NCBI RefSeq assembly: GCF_009914755.1
Contig: NC_060933.1
From: the human T2T-CHM13v2.0 reference genome, Homo sapiens
Strand: one strand, 5' to 3'
DNA: 64,000 nt
In this document: piece by piece, positions 1-13,739 of the stretch
How the letters are laid out: each line of letters opens with the position of its first letter
How positions within the stretch are numbered: the first letter of the stretch is position 1
Position numbers and translations under genes: made by a program
The notes under the pieces: model-generated
Told to the model about the DNA's origin: nothing
Seen by the model: the letters and a program-made list of their open reading frames with translations, nothing else
Databases searched by the model: none

Positions 1-1472
1 ATCAGACAGGAAGGAAGTGCCATTGTGATAACTAAAGTTTTAGAAAACTTAGTCTGGCAGTGTTATAAATCGGATAGGTTGTGAGACATTCTTGGAGGGC
101 TTAATTAACTAGTAAAGGGCCAGTTGTATAGGCATTCTTCATATTGGGTCATGCATTCTAGGAATACCAGGGTAAAGGAGAAATGCAGCCTCTGAAGGGG
201 ACAGCTGTCCTAAATTCTAGTTGTTAGGGATATGGAGATGCTGAACTAGTATGTGAGTTAAGGCAGAGCTGAAAAAATTCTCTTTGAAGGTTCAGTGAAG
301 AACTGCTTTGGTGGCGTGAGGTGCTTAACTAGAAATACAATAGCAGAAATGAAGGCGAGTCTATAGAGGCTATAACCATAATGGCCGGCATTTGCATATT
401 ATGTGCTAGGACTGTTCTGTGTATTTTTACATATAATAACTTATTCCTTGTAACAACCCTATGATAGAGGTACTGTATGCCCTTTTTGCAGATGAGAAAA
501 CAAGGCACAGAGAGGTTAAGTAACTTGCCTAAGGTTGGAAATCAGCTGGAAATCAGTAGGGTCAGGAGTCAACCCAGGCAACCTAACCATTAAGCAAAAC
601 TGCCTTTCAGCAAGGCAGATTAAGCCTTTTCTAACATCTTCAGTTGGAGCCAGTCTTTGAAAGTCTGACCAAAGACAGTTATAAAAACAGAAGATAGGAT
701 AGCTCGGGACTTCATATGTTCCTACTGTTCTATATTTACAGTTGGAGAAGCAACAGGAAGTGGTTGAGAATCTGCTGTGGAGCCAGACTTAAACCTGAGT
801 TTAAATCCCTTCTCTTCCACTTCCTAGTTAGGGACATAGGGAGGTTAACCTCAGCAGCTGTAAGATGAGGTTAATAGTATCTAGTGCATGAGATAGTTGA
901 GGATTAAATGAGTTAATTCACAGAAGGTGCTTAGAACAGTGAAATAGCACAAGATAAGTTCTCAATAAGTATGACTTACTACTTGTTTTTACTATTATAT
1001 TATCTTTACTATTACTATTTGCTATTGATACTCACTTTTGGATTCATTTTTCAACAGCCTTTTTGTTCAGCGTCATTCTTTTTTAAATCAGATGCATTAT
1101 AATCCTTGGCACAATAAACTGTTACCATTGTTCAATTCATGATTGTTTTTGAGCTATTTATGTTAAGTAATATAACAAACACCTGTGAACCCATTGCCCA
1201 ACCCTAAAACTGAAACAGTAGTTCTACATCTACACATGTCCCTCTCCTCTCCCTTCAGCCTTCTTTCTGTCACTCATGTTCAATGTAGCTATCCTGAATT
1301 TTGTTTTCCCTTGCCTTTTAAAAATAGGCTCATCTCCTATGAATGTATACCTAAATAATATTTATTTTTAGTTTTTGAAATTCATAAAAAGGCTATCATG
1401 CTGCATATAATCAAGAACTTTTTTCCTCATTAAAAATATTTAATATAGATAGGTCCATATTGTGTAGCCATA

Positions 1473-1716
1473 CAGTAACCATTTGGTAAATGAAGGAGAT
1501 TGGTTCCAGGACTCTCACATATCCCAAAACCCGAGCATACCCAAGTTCCAAAGTTGGTCCTGTGGAACCCGAGTATACAAAAAGTTGGCCCTCTCTCTAA
1601 GTGGATTTCACATCCTAAGAATACTGTTATTTTCCAGTCTGCATTTGGTTGGAAAAAAAATTCATGTATAAGTGGGTCCACAAAATTCAAACCCTTGTTG
1701 CTCAAGGGTCAACTGT
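1473..1716 (-). mobile_element. MER8-like (TcMar-Tigger) non-autonomous DNA transposon
   Basis: Ends ...TTCAAACCCTTGTTGCTCAAGGGTCAACTG, flanked by TA. Confidence 0.65.
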
Positions 1717-1939
1717 AATATTAAGTGTAATAGTCTATTGTTTGGAAGCCTTATAACCATTCTACCAATAGGCATTTGTTCTGTTTTGTTTGCTCTTTAA
1801 ATCATTGCCATCATGATTATTCTTATGTCATCTGATTCATAAATACGTTTTGTAGATATTGAATGATACCTAACATAAAATTAATAAACTTCAGCCTACT
1901 GGGAAAATTGAAGAATATAAATACGAGAAACGTCTAGCT

Positions 1940-2160
1940 CAGAATTTCTCAACTTTAGCACTGTTGACATTTGGGGCCAGTAGTCTTTGTTGAGGATGCT
2001 TATCCTGGGCATTGTAAGATGTTGAGCATCCCTGGCCTCTGCCCCACTAGATGCCACTAGCACCCTTCTTCCAATTCGTGACAACTAACTAGGTCTCCAA
2101 ATGTCCCCGGGCAGGGGTCGTGGGTTGGGGGCGAAAATCACCACCAGTTGAGAACCACTG
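1940..2160 (+). mobile_element. MER20 (hAT-Charlie)
   Basis: CAG..TTTCTCAAC...GTTGAGAACCACTG terminal inverted repeats and typical internal sequence. Confidence 0.8.
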
Positions 2161-3018
2161 CTCTAGGTAGGAAGAGTAAAAAAGAAAGAACTTAATACAA
2201 AAAGAAAGAATCTAGGTTCCTGGAAAGAAAAACAGATTGCATCTTAGAAAACTAAATGTATGTAACCTCCAATTAAGCATATTATCTTTACAGAAATTTA
2301 TCAAATACCTAATAGGCATTATAAAACCTAGCACACTGAACCTATATTGCGGTGGTGCTAGAGATGATTATTGTAACCTAATCCTGGCCTTTTCTGAAAT
2401 AATTGGATTTTTGGCCTAGAGTTTAGTGCTATTCTGCTAACTTTGTTAGGAATTGTGGATGTTTAACATTGTCACTAACCTTCCCTCTTTATTTGGAAAA
2501 TCAAAAGGGAGGTATCTGTTTTTAAGGATGGGTAATGATTGTAGTGAATAGCTCAGACACCACTCTGGATGTTGCTGAAGAAACAGCTTTTTAACTGATG
2601 AATTGCTTATATCCAGTTACTTCTATTTGTTTCTGATGTGATCAACGAATCTGTTTAAAAGACCCACGTGGACCTTTAACCAAAAGAGGGCAAAACCTGC
2701 CCTTTCTTTATTCCTCTCTTCCTGCTCTTTACTATTTCATTTTTACCTTTTTGTTTTTTGTGGTTTCCATTATCTTAGAAAAATATATTTAAAGACTTGC
2801 TGTATGGATTCCTCTTAACCACCATATAAACTACTCTTTTTTTCTGTGCCCAAATTCCCAGATTTTACTCAATTACCATTTAGAGAGTTTTAAAGAAAAC
2901 ACATATACTATCTCATAGAGTTGGGTGAACAAGAGTGAGTGATACTGTTATGCAAGGAGAGTTACTGAAATTACTAAAAACGATTTGGAGAACTGAAGTT
3001 TTGTGTGTCAATTTTCAG

Positions 3019-3178
3019 TGTGAAAAAACAGTTGATGTGAAGAAAAGTAAATTCTGTGAAGCTGATGTCTCCAGTGACCTTCGAAAAGAAGTAGAAAATC
3101 ATTATACGCTCTCTTTACCTGAAGATTTCTATCACTTCTGGAAGTTCTGTGAAGAACTTGATTCTGAAAAACCAGCTG
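3019..3178 (+). pseudogene. HPF1: HPF1-like exon 2 (CEKTVDVKK...DSEKPA)
   Basis: ttttcag|TGTGAA ... GCTG|gtgagt; 160 nt; lies inside ORF 2935..3264. Confidence 0.93.
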
Positions 3179-3234
3179 GTGAGTTGCTCCAGAATCATTC
3201 TTGTATAAATGGAAAAAGTAATGTAATAGGAAAT

Positions 3235-3812
3235 GGGCTGTGTGTGGCGGCTCACACTCTGTAATCCCAGCTGAGGCAGGAGGATCGCCTGAGACCAGGA
3301 GTTTGAGACCAACCTGGTCAACATAGCAAGACCTCTTCTCTACAAAAAAATAAAAATAATAAAATAAAAAAGCTAGGCATGGCTACAGGTGCCTATAGTC
3401 CTAGCTACTTGGGAGACTGAGATGGGAGGATCCTTCATTGAGCCCAGTAGTTCGAGGTTGCAGTGAGCTATCATCACTCCAGCCTCAGTGACAGAACAAG
3501 ACCCTGTCTCTAAAAATATAATTGGCCAGGCATGGTGGCCCACGCCCGTAATCCCAACACTTTGGGAGGCCAAGGCAGGCAGATCACTTGAAGTTGGGAG
3601 TTCGAGACCAGCCTGGGCAACACGGTGAAACCCTGTCTACTAAAGATACAAAACTTAGCTGGGTGTGGTGGTGCACCCCTGTAGTTCCAGCTACTCGGGA
3701 AGATGAGGCACAATCATCACTTGAACCTGGGAGGTGAAGGCTGCAGTGAGCCGAGATCACACCACTGCACTCCAGCCTGGGCAACAGAGTGAGACCTTGT
3801 CTCAAAAAAAAA
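3235..3812 (+). mobile_element. Two tandem Alus (AluJ-like 3235-3516; second Alu 3524-3812)
   Basis: Dimeric Alu structure with A tails. Confidence 0.9.
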
Positions 3813-4080
3813 TGTATATATATAAAATAATTTAAAAAAAAAAACTAACCAAGAATATAAACAGTTAATAGAAAAGGAATATTTTCCATGATGTTTCTAG
3901 TAAGAGAAAATATAGTAAGAAATATAGATTAATGCTATAGTAATGCCACTGTCACCTATTTTATTGGCAAAGTTAAATAATTTCATCACGTTCTGGGGGA
4001 ATGTGAAGGAAGGTAAGCACTTTCATATGTTGTAGGAGTTTGAATATGATTTAACAGTTCTGCTTCCAAGAACTTGTCTT

Positions 4081-4312
4081 GACACAGGAAGGGGAACATC
4101 ACACACCGGGGCCTGGTGTGGGGTGTGGGGAGGGGGAAGGGATAGCATTTGGAGATATACCTAATGTTAAATGATGAGTTACTGGGTGCAGCACACCAAC
4201 ATGGCACATGTATACATATGTAACGAACCTGCACGTCGTGCACATGTACCCTAGAACTTAAAGTATAATTAAAAAAAAAAAAAATACCAGTCAAGAAAAA
4301 AAAAAAAGAAAA
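4081..4312 (+). mobile_element. Very short L1PA 3' end with a double A-tail
   Basis: L1 3'UTR 4081-4270; TSD AAGAACTTGTCTT at 4068-4080 and 4313-4325. Confidence 0.92.
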
Positions 4313-5481
4313 AAGAACTTGTCTTATGGATTAGATAAACTAAGAATTATGTTTGAGGATATTTAAACAAAAAAAATGGGAAATGGCTTAAATGCCTACC
4401 AATGACACATCTCTTCAGTAGATCTTAATTGTTTTAAAAGAATGAGGCAGATTTTTAGGAAATAATAAACTATCATGCCTGAAATATGTTAACTGAAAAA
4501 GAACAGTGTATAGATTATGCTACCATTGGTATTTTTTTAAAAAGGGGGAGTGGGGAGTACACACATATCCCTGTATACTTTTCTATGTGCTTACTTTGTC
4601 TCTGAAAGGAGAAAGAAACTGTTAATGGGCTGTGATCATTACTTTGCACTATATACCTCTTGTACTGTTTAAAATTTTTAACTAGTAAGCACTGTCATAC
4701 ACTACTGATGGAAATGTATATTGATGCATATTCTGAATTTTGCCAATAGATCAGAACAGAACTGTATAGCAGTTTCTTTAAAAATAGTCATGTCTGTACA
4801 AACATTAGCAAAGATGTTCACTGAAACATTTTTAGAACAGAAAAAAGAAATAGTAAATGTCCATCAGTAAGAGAATAGATGGTTACCTCTTTATAATGCA
4901 GTATCATGCCCTATTAAAAAATCATGTAAAATAACATTGAATAGCATGGAAAATAATCAAAAAATTTAAGTGCGTCAGGATGGAGGACAAAAGCAGATTA
5001 CAAAACAATCCATCTGAGTTTGTTACATATTTGTATCTGTTCATGGGGGTGGAGAGTATGGAAATTTGTTACTGTATATTAGAGTATTAACTGTGTTATC
5101 TTTGGCTAATGAGATGGATGGTTTTAGTTTTCTTGTTGCTTTAAAAAATTAGTGTATGCTCTCCTAAGCTCCAGTTGTGCTGAACTATTTTTCCTGTCCA
5201 ATTATCTCCATGCTTCTATTCATGTTATTACCTCTTACAGGAATTTTTTTGCTTTCCTCATCCTTGCCTCCTTATAAAACTGGGTCCTGCCTGGAGTGCT
5301 CCCCTCCCTCTTGGAAGCAGCAAGGACCCATTTGAAGTTATACATTGTACATTGCACAGACTTCATGTCTTTGTGGTTTAGTAACACTGACTGTGATCTG
5401 TGAATAGAGAAGGAAGATGGAATCATCTAGGGTTAGGGTTGGCCAAATAGATTGTCAAAGAGTGAGGGGAATCTGGTGTGA

Positions 5482-5832
<351 letters not shown>

Positions 5833-6209
5833 TAGTACTCTTAATCCACATATTTTTGCTATCTTTCTTTCCCTTAACCTGTGTGTACTACAAGTATTTG
5901 AGGCTAATTGCAGTGTGGTAATGGGCCTACAGGAATACAAACCAGTCTTGCTTTGGCTAAAATAAGAAACAACAGGAATGTCTGAGATGTTAAGTTAATA
6001 CAGTGGTAAATTTCAGAGGAAATCCTGTTTTCTGTTACTCTGACTTCTTTTCCATTGAATGTTTGTAACTGACATCTTCACACATAACTCAAGACTTTCT
6101 TTTACTTTAGAAAGTTTTTAAGACAATTGCTTAGAAATAGTTTACTCACTAAAAGCATTATTTCCTGTCTGTCTCCGGAAAGTATTGTCTAAATTTATTT
6201 TCTTTAGAG

Positions 6210-6395
6210 ATCCACTTTCTGCAAGCCTTGGACTTCAATTAGTTGATCCTTATAATATCCTTGCTGGAAAACATAAAATGAAGAAAAAATCAACAGTCCC
6301 GAATTTTAACCTTCATTGGAGGTTTTACTATGATCCTCCTGAGTTCCAGACCATTATTATTAGAGATAAACTCAGTGCCACATGGGGTATTTCAG
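6210..6395 (+). pseudogene. HPF1: HPF1-like exon 3 with 4-nt frameshifting deletion
   Basis: [12 protein letters not shown]...[16 protein letters not shown], then the frame breaks (AGAGATAAACTCAG instead of the GDNKTQ codons); ends TTCAG|gtaaag. Confidence 0.92.
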
Positions 6396-7462
6396 GTAAA
6401 GGATCTCTTCTTTGCCTCTAAAATACAGCTGCTGTCCTGCGAATGAGGATAAATAGTTATTCACTAGCCTCACCCAAGGTGAAAGGCATATTTTCCCCTG
6501 GATATATGAGCCATCTGTTGTTCTTGCTGTTACCATTTTAACCTTCCCTAGGATGGGTAAACTCTTTAGGTTTAATCTCACTGGTTTTTCCTTTCCTTAT
6601 AAACTTTTTTTTTCCCTTTTGGGTTCAGAATAACTCTTTTGGCCCAATAAAGCTAATTCAGAGCAGCTGTTGTGACTTGTACTTAATAAGCTATGTGCTT
6701 CCAGGTGCCAGAGTGGCAACTGGGAGCTAAGAGTGATCTCTGGAGTCACACTTGTCCTCCTGTTTATTGTCTGTGTGACCCTGTGTCATTAGTGACTGTG
6801 ACTTTCTGTGACTCAGTCTTGTAACAATAGGAATAATAATTGTACATACCTGATAGGAATATTATGAGAATTAAATGAATGCATGCAAGATACTTAGTAG
6901 GTTAGGAAATAGAGAAACTCCAGGAGGAAAATACCTTGTCCGCTTGTACCAGTAGAGATGCTATCCTTTAAAGTGAAGATTAAATGTAAGGTAATAGAAG
7001 GAACGTGCCCAGGAAGAAGTACTGTAGTACAGTAGAATGCACATGGGGCTAGGAATTGATTGTGCTGTAGCCAAGGTCCTAACTTACTAGGACCTTGGCT
7101 GAGTAATTTAACCTCTCAGTATTTGTTTCCTCAATTTTAAAATAAAAGGATTGGTTATATACGGGAATAGGATCCTTTCATCTCTAATGTTTTACAATCC
7201 TTTTTCTTGTTTTTCCTTTTTTTGTATTTGAGTATAAAAGCAATTAGGTCCTAAGAATCTTAGTTTTAGGTTCCATTATATAAGTTAAGATTTATCATAG
7301 ATGTTCCTAAGAAACTTGGAGCTTAAAACGATAAATTTGTTTCAATTTAAAAAAATTCCCTTATAAAAGAGGCCTTAAAAAAGAGGGGAAAAAAAAGGTG
7401 TAAGTTGTTGTCTGTAGACCTAAAATCCCACTTGCCTGATAATATAAATTATGGGCAGCTAA

Positions 7463-7588
<126 letters not shown>

Positions 7589-7675
7589 TAAGAATATTTT
7601 ATCTCAATTTCTCTTACGTTTATGTAGGTTTACAATGTTTATACTATATTAGTCCATTATAAAGGGGCTTTGAGG

Positions 7676-7975
7676 GGCTGGGCACAGTGGCTCACACCTG
7701 TAATTCCAGCAATTTGGGAGGCCAAGGTGGGCGGATTGCTGTGATCTGGAGTTTGAGACCAGCCTGGCCAATATGGGGAAACGCCATCTCTACTAGAAAT
7801 AAAAAATTAGCCAGGGGCTTGGTGGCACACGCCTGTAATCCCAGTTACTCAGGAGGCTGAGGCAGGAGAATCGCTTGAACGCAGGAGGCGGAGGTTGCAG
7901 TGAGCCGAGATTGCGCGACTGCACTCCAGCGTGAGCGACAGAGTGAGACTCCACCTCCAAAAAAACAAAACAAAG
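7676..7975 (+). mobile_element. AluS
   Basis: Full-length Alu; TSD about GGG.TTTGAGG. Confidence 0.92.
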
Positions 7976-10359
7976 CGGGTTTGAGGCAAGTCCATAACTG
8001 TAGATTTCTAAAGACAATTTCCATGACTTTTGCAGGTAGTCTTATCTATACTGTTATTTTGTCACTCTTCACTAGAAACTACACCTCTTATATAACTATT
8101 TTTCTTAATAATACTCGACCTCAGATGTTCCATGGCAAAATCAAAAGTTTTTTTAGACATCTGATTTTAAACACTTGTTAAGAGTTCATTACTTGTGTAT
8201 AGTTCAAACAGAAAGGTTTAATAAAGTAAAAAGAGATGCTCATAAAATCCTTGGAATGGCTGAGGGGGCAGGCTGAGCTTCCAGGAATGACAGTTGTGTG
8301 GCTCACAGTGGATTTTATCTCTGCCACCATCAGGAAGCTGGGAAATCAAGAACTGCTGCCACAATGGGTGGGTCTAGGGCCATATTACCTTTGGTATAAC
8401 CTGTGCCAGGTAAATGGATGCCCTACCCTTTGCCTCTCAGCCCCTGTAATGCTAAGAACCAGGTGCTGGGATCTCACCTACAGCTGCTGCAGAACTATCA
8501 GATGCCTCTACAGCAGTGCTCACTGATGGAGATCGTGGAAGCACAGCCTCCACCCGGTATCTCTTCTGCCTCTGAGATTTCAAACTATTGCAGCTGCTTG
8601 GAAGAAGCTAGATCCCATGTGGAGCCTGGGCTAAAGAGTAGTATGGGAAATGCAGCAAACTTTCATGGGTAAGGGGTTGGAATAGAGCTGAGTGAGCCGG
8701 TCTATGCTATATCAGCCACAGACGTGACTTGAAATGATTTCATTTGTCAGCGGCTGTGTAGTTTGCATTGTAATGAAGAAAGCAAACTTTACCACTTCAA
8801 ATACAAGTAGATTATGTTTCGTTTGACCGTTTTTAGTACTGTCTCTTTAAAGGGCTTTTGTTCCCTGTGATTTGATAATACAAATTTGCAGTAAAGCAAA
8901 TTCAAACTAAATCAACCTAGTACAACCACTAGACTGTGCTACGTACATACTACTGGTGTATCTACAGGGAAGCTACATTGTAGATGTCCAAAAATGTTCT
9001 TTCTTTTCTAATACCTCTCAGTTTCCTATAAAACCTTGCTTGGTATTTGTAATTTGTAAGTTCTTTTAAACTCTTTGGATTTATTATTCAATTTAAATTG
9101 GTGCTATCTTTATTAGAAACTGTTGCTTATTTTCTGTCTCTTGCACTAGCATCTAAGTTCCATGAGGGCAGAGGCTTTGTTTTGTGCACAGTATCTGCCC
9201 CACAGTAAATGCTCCATAAATATTAATTCTACAATACCTTGGCACGTAAAAACACCTAATTTTTTCAGGCTGGACAACATAGTGAGACTGTCTTTTTTAA
9301 AAAAACAAACCTAACTTTTCATTTGTATTATTAGCTATGTTTGTCTTAATAGAAATCTTTTTTAAAAAGGTAATATAATAGCGGTCATCTAACATAACCA
9401 TAGACTCCTCTGGTATCCTTTTTTTTTAGCTAATTGGAGAACACAGACAATGAAAAAGAAAAAAAAATACATGATTGATAATATTTATAATTTAGGTGAA
9501 GATCAGCAAGTGACTACTTGAGGAACTACCTTCAATAATTTGTCTCAAACACAGGGGTAAAAAAATTATTTGAGATATAACTATTTTAGTACTTTTAAAG
9601 TATAACGGTTTCAGTTTTTTGAGTGCCACCTTCTTAAATCAGCTAATCAGAACACTTAATTTCTTTATATATTTTAAAATTCATTTTTATGGCAGACAGA
9701 GTAAGGTCTTTCAAGGCAGACCTTTGATCAACAAATTTTTATGCCCAGAGAAAGAATTGTCTCTGCAAGATTTAATAGTAACTAAAGAAATGAAAATTAA
9801 GCCAGCAAAGATTTTTAAAGGTTAAAGAATGGTAATAACCAACGATGATTAGGATATAAGAACCCTTACTGATGTGTTAATTGGTAAAACCTTTGTAGAA
9901 AGCAGTTTGAAAAATGTTTAAAGCACCGTGTTCTAAGATTTCTTGACAGATGATATTGCCAGGTACCATGTGAAGTACACATTTATACCCTTAAGTTAAC
10001 AATTCCACTTCCAGATATTCATCAAAGGGATTTTGGACAGGTACAGAAATATGTGTGTTTATTACAGATTGTTTATCAAATGAAAAATTGGCAACATATC
10101 CAGCAATAGAGGAGATTAGGTAAATATAAACTATCCATATACCATAATACCTTGGTATTGATTTGTTGAATTTGTTATGAAGTGGGCAAATAACAATAGT
10201 GTAGAATGATTCCATTTCATACTGTGTAATGCATATGGAAATAAACGCATTCAATTTTTAAATATCTTTGAACAAAAAAGTTGGGAATGATTTTTTTTCC
10301 TTCTGCCTTATTTTTTTTCCTAAAATAACTAGGGCAAATAGTTTTGACCTTGGGTCAGG

Positions 10360-11212
10360 GACTTTTAGGGTCAAAACTATTTGTGATAATAAATTATTTT
10401 TGCACCAACGGCACAAAGGTAATGGTGGATAATACTGTTGTCATCTTGGCAGGAATCAAGATAGTGCCACAAGAGTAGCAACAGTCATTGCATTATTCAC
10501 AGCAGTACATGCAAAAGTATTTAAGAATGTTTGTGATGGAGCCAGGATGTTGAGGTGGGAGCGTTGCTTGAGCCCAGGAGTTCAAGTTTATCCTAAGCAT
10601 CATAGCAAGACCCTGTCCCTGGAAAAACACGTCAGTGATGGAGTATACATGTGTTAGCTGTCTACCATTGAGTATATCTCTTTAACATTCTGTGGTGAAA
10701 TAGGAAATACATAGAAAGCATTTCTCATACTGAAGTACTGTGGTTTGTCTCAAGGGAAAAAAAAGCACTTGTATGATTGAGTTTTGAGATGAACTTTTTC
10801 CCACTTTTAGAAAGACTGACTCACTGACAAAGTCTGGTTATTTGGGTCTAGATACTGGCAGAAATTTTTTCAAATGAACCAAAGAAAACAACTGACTATT
10901 TTTTGCCAGTGATAAAATTCAAGGTTTCGAACAAAAAAAATAGATTGAGAAACTTGTAATACCACTGTAAGCTTGATAGCTTTTTTTTCTAATGTTATGT
11001 AATGGAGTGAATTTGATATATAAGCTTCAACATTTACATCTATATAATTTAGTGAACCACTGTTTCCAAAGGGCCATTGCATGATGCCATATAACATGCA
11101 TGGGTACAAATTCTTTTGCATTCAAGGCATTCTAATGGATTTAAAGTAACAGCCCAAAATGTTCATGTTCATGGTTATGGCTTCAGTTGCACATTGCACC
11201 TTATCTTTAAGC
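10360..11212 (+). mobile_element. Charlie1-family fragment containing a short Alu monomer remnant (about 10540-10625)
   Basis: GGTCAAAACTATTT...AATCAAGATAGTG...TTTTGCCAGTGATAAAATTCAAG resembles Charlie1 and the 50.9-52.2 kb copy. Confidence 0.6.
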
Positions 11213-11651
11213 ATCACACAGCAGAGTGTTAGAGTAGGTTTAGGCACAGACAAAAACTTACAGAGATAGTTCATAATAATATCATATGTATGGGAAGGCA
11301 GCTACCAAGTGCCTTCAGTAGTGGCGGAGGTAAAAGAGGATATTTTATGTGGGCTTTGATGGATGCCTAAGAACTTACTAGAAAGAAACGAAAGAAGGAT
11401 GTTTTAGGTAAGGGAGCAGTACGTGTGTGAAAGTGTGGAAATACACAGCATAGCGTACTTGAATAGCTATATGCCATGCCAGAGTGTTGAGGATTGATTC
11501 ATATAGGACTGACATCAAATTTGCATTTTATGGTTGATATAAACATATCCTCTAGACATACAGCTGGTAATAATTGAAAGTAAGATTTAGTATAACTGTG
11601 TGCTGTAATCAGAAGTTAGATTTTGGTGGCTTGGGTTTCTGTGGCACTTTA

Positions 11652-12095
11652 TTTTTTTTTATTATACTTTAAGTTCTAAGGTACATGTGCACAACATGCA
11701 GGTTTGATACATAGGTATACATGTGCCATGATGGTTTGCTGCACCCATCAACTCATCATTTACATTAGGTATTTCCCCTAATGCTATCCCTCCCCGAACC
11801 CCCCACCCCCTGACAAGCCCTGGTGTGTGATGTTCTCCGCCCTGTGTCCAAGTGATCTCATTGTTCAATTCCCACCTATGAGTGAGAACATGCAGTGTTT
11901 GGTTTTCTGTCCTTGTGATAGTTTGCTCAGAATGATGGTTTCCAGCTTCATCCATGTCCCTGCAAAGGACATGAACTCATCCTTTTTTACAGCTGCATAG
12001 TATTCCATGGTGTATATGTGTCATAGTTTCTTAATCCAGTCTGTCATTGATGGACCTTTGGGTTGGTTCCAAGTCTTTGCTATTGTGAATAGTGG
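11652..12095 (-). mobile_element. L1PA 3' fragment
   Basis: 3'UTR and T-tract; TSD GTGGCACTTTA at 11641-11651 and 12096-12106. Confidence 0.92.
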
Positions 12096-12585
12096 GTGGC
12101 ACTTTAATCTACCAGCTGTACTGGTAACTCTACTGGTTTAATCCACTGGCTCTCTGAACTTGGGTAGGTTGATTATCTTCTGTGCCTTTTTTGTTTTCCT
12201 GATAAGTAAAATGAAGCTAAGACTATTATCTACTATAAATTTTCTAAGCCCTTTGATAACAGTGTTGTAGGGAATACTACAAACTCTCAGATGCTGGCAG
12301 TGAATAGAAGTGAATTTCTTCCTAGGAGTTGTTACTCCCTGCAACTTTCTTCCTGGGAGTCTGGCACTCCTTCCCACTCTTTACTCCTGACCTTTTACAT
12401 TGATGGCAAAAATCTTAACCTGTTTACGATAAAATATAAAATTATTTCCATAAGTGGCATTAACATGCTGTATATTTACATGCTTTTGAAAACTACTTTG
12501 GATTATGCTTTTGTATAAGCTTATAATGTAGCTTTTCTTTCCTTTTACGTTTTCTAAATTTTTCTTAACACAAATTTCAACATTA

Positions 12586-13221
<636 letters not shown>

Positions 13222-13588
13222 TGATGTCTACTTTTTTTCTGTTAGGTCAGACTTCTCCAAAGTAGTATGCCATATCTTAGTATCAAGTAATACAACTTAA
13301 AACTTGACTAATCTCAGCTTTGTAACTATTTCTTATATCTCTATTATAGACATTAGAGTGCTAATATAAATTTGAATAATATTTTCTCTGTTACTGGCAG
13401 TTTTTATTAATATTGCTTTTCTCTTATTTGAAGAAAACTATTAGGGATTTTGAGAAAAGTGTTGGTAAGTATTCTGTGGACTTATTCTTGCATGAAATTT
13501 GACATTTTTAACTTGGCTCAACTTCCAAACGTCTTTGTACTTAGTATAGTGGCCTGCAACATAATGAGGACTTTTACTTCTTTTTAAG

Positions 13589-13739
13589 ATTATATTTGAT
13601 GAAAAAACTTAAAGAAGTAACAGATAAAAAGAAAACCAATCTCTTCAAAAACGTAGATGAAAAACTCACAGAAACAGCCAGAGAACTGGGGTACTCACTG
13701 GAACAGAGAACCATGAAGATGAAACAGAGAGATAAGAAA
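13589..13739 (+). pseudogene. HPF1: HPF1-like exon 5 ([10 protein letters not shown]...MKQRDKK)
   Basis: tttaag|ATTATA ... AAGAAA|gtatga; 151 nt, open frame. Confidence 0.92.

Noticed and set aside
8177-8720. GC-richer island with overlapping ORFs 8236..8526 and 8403..8672
   Set aside because: Looks like an old MaLR/ERVL solo LTR (TG...CA). The family could not be assigned and there is no recognisable protein similarity.
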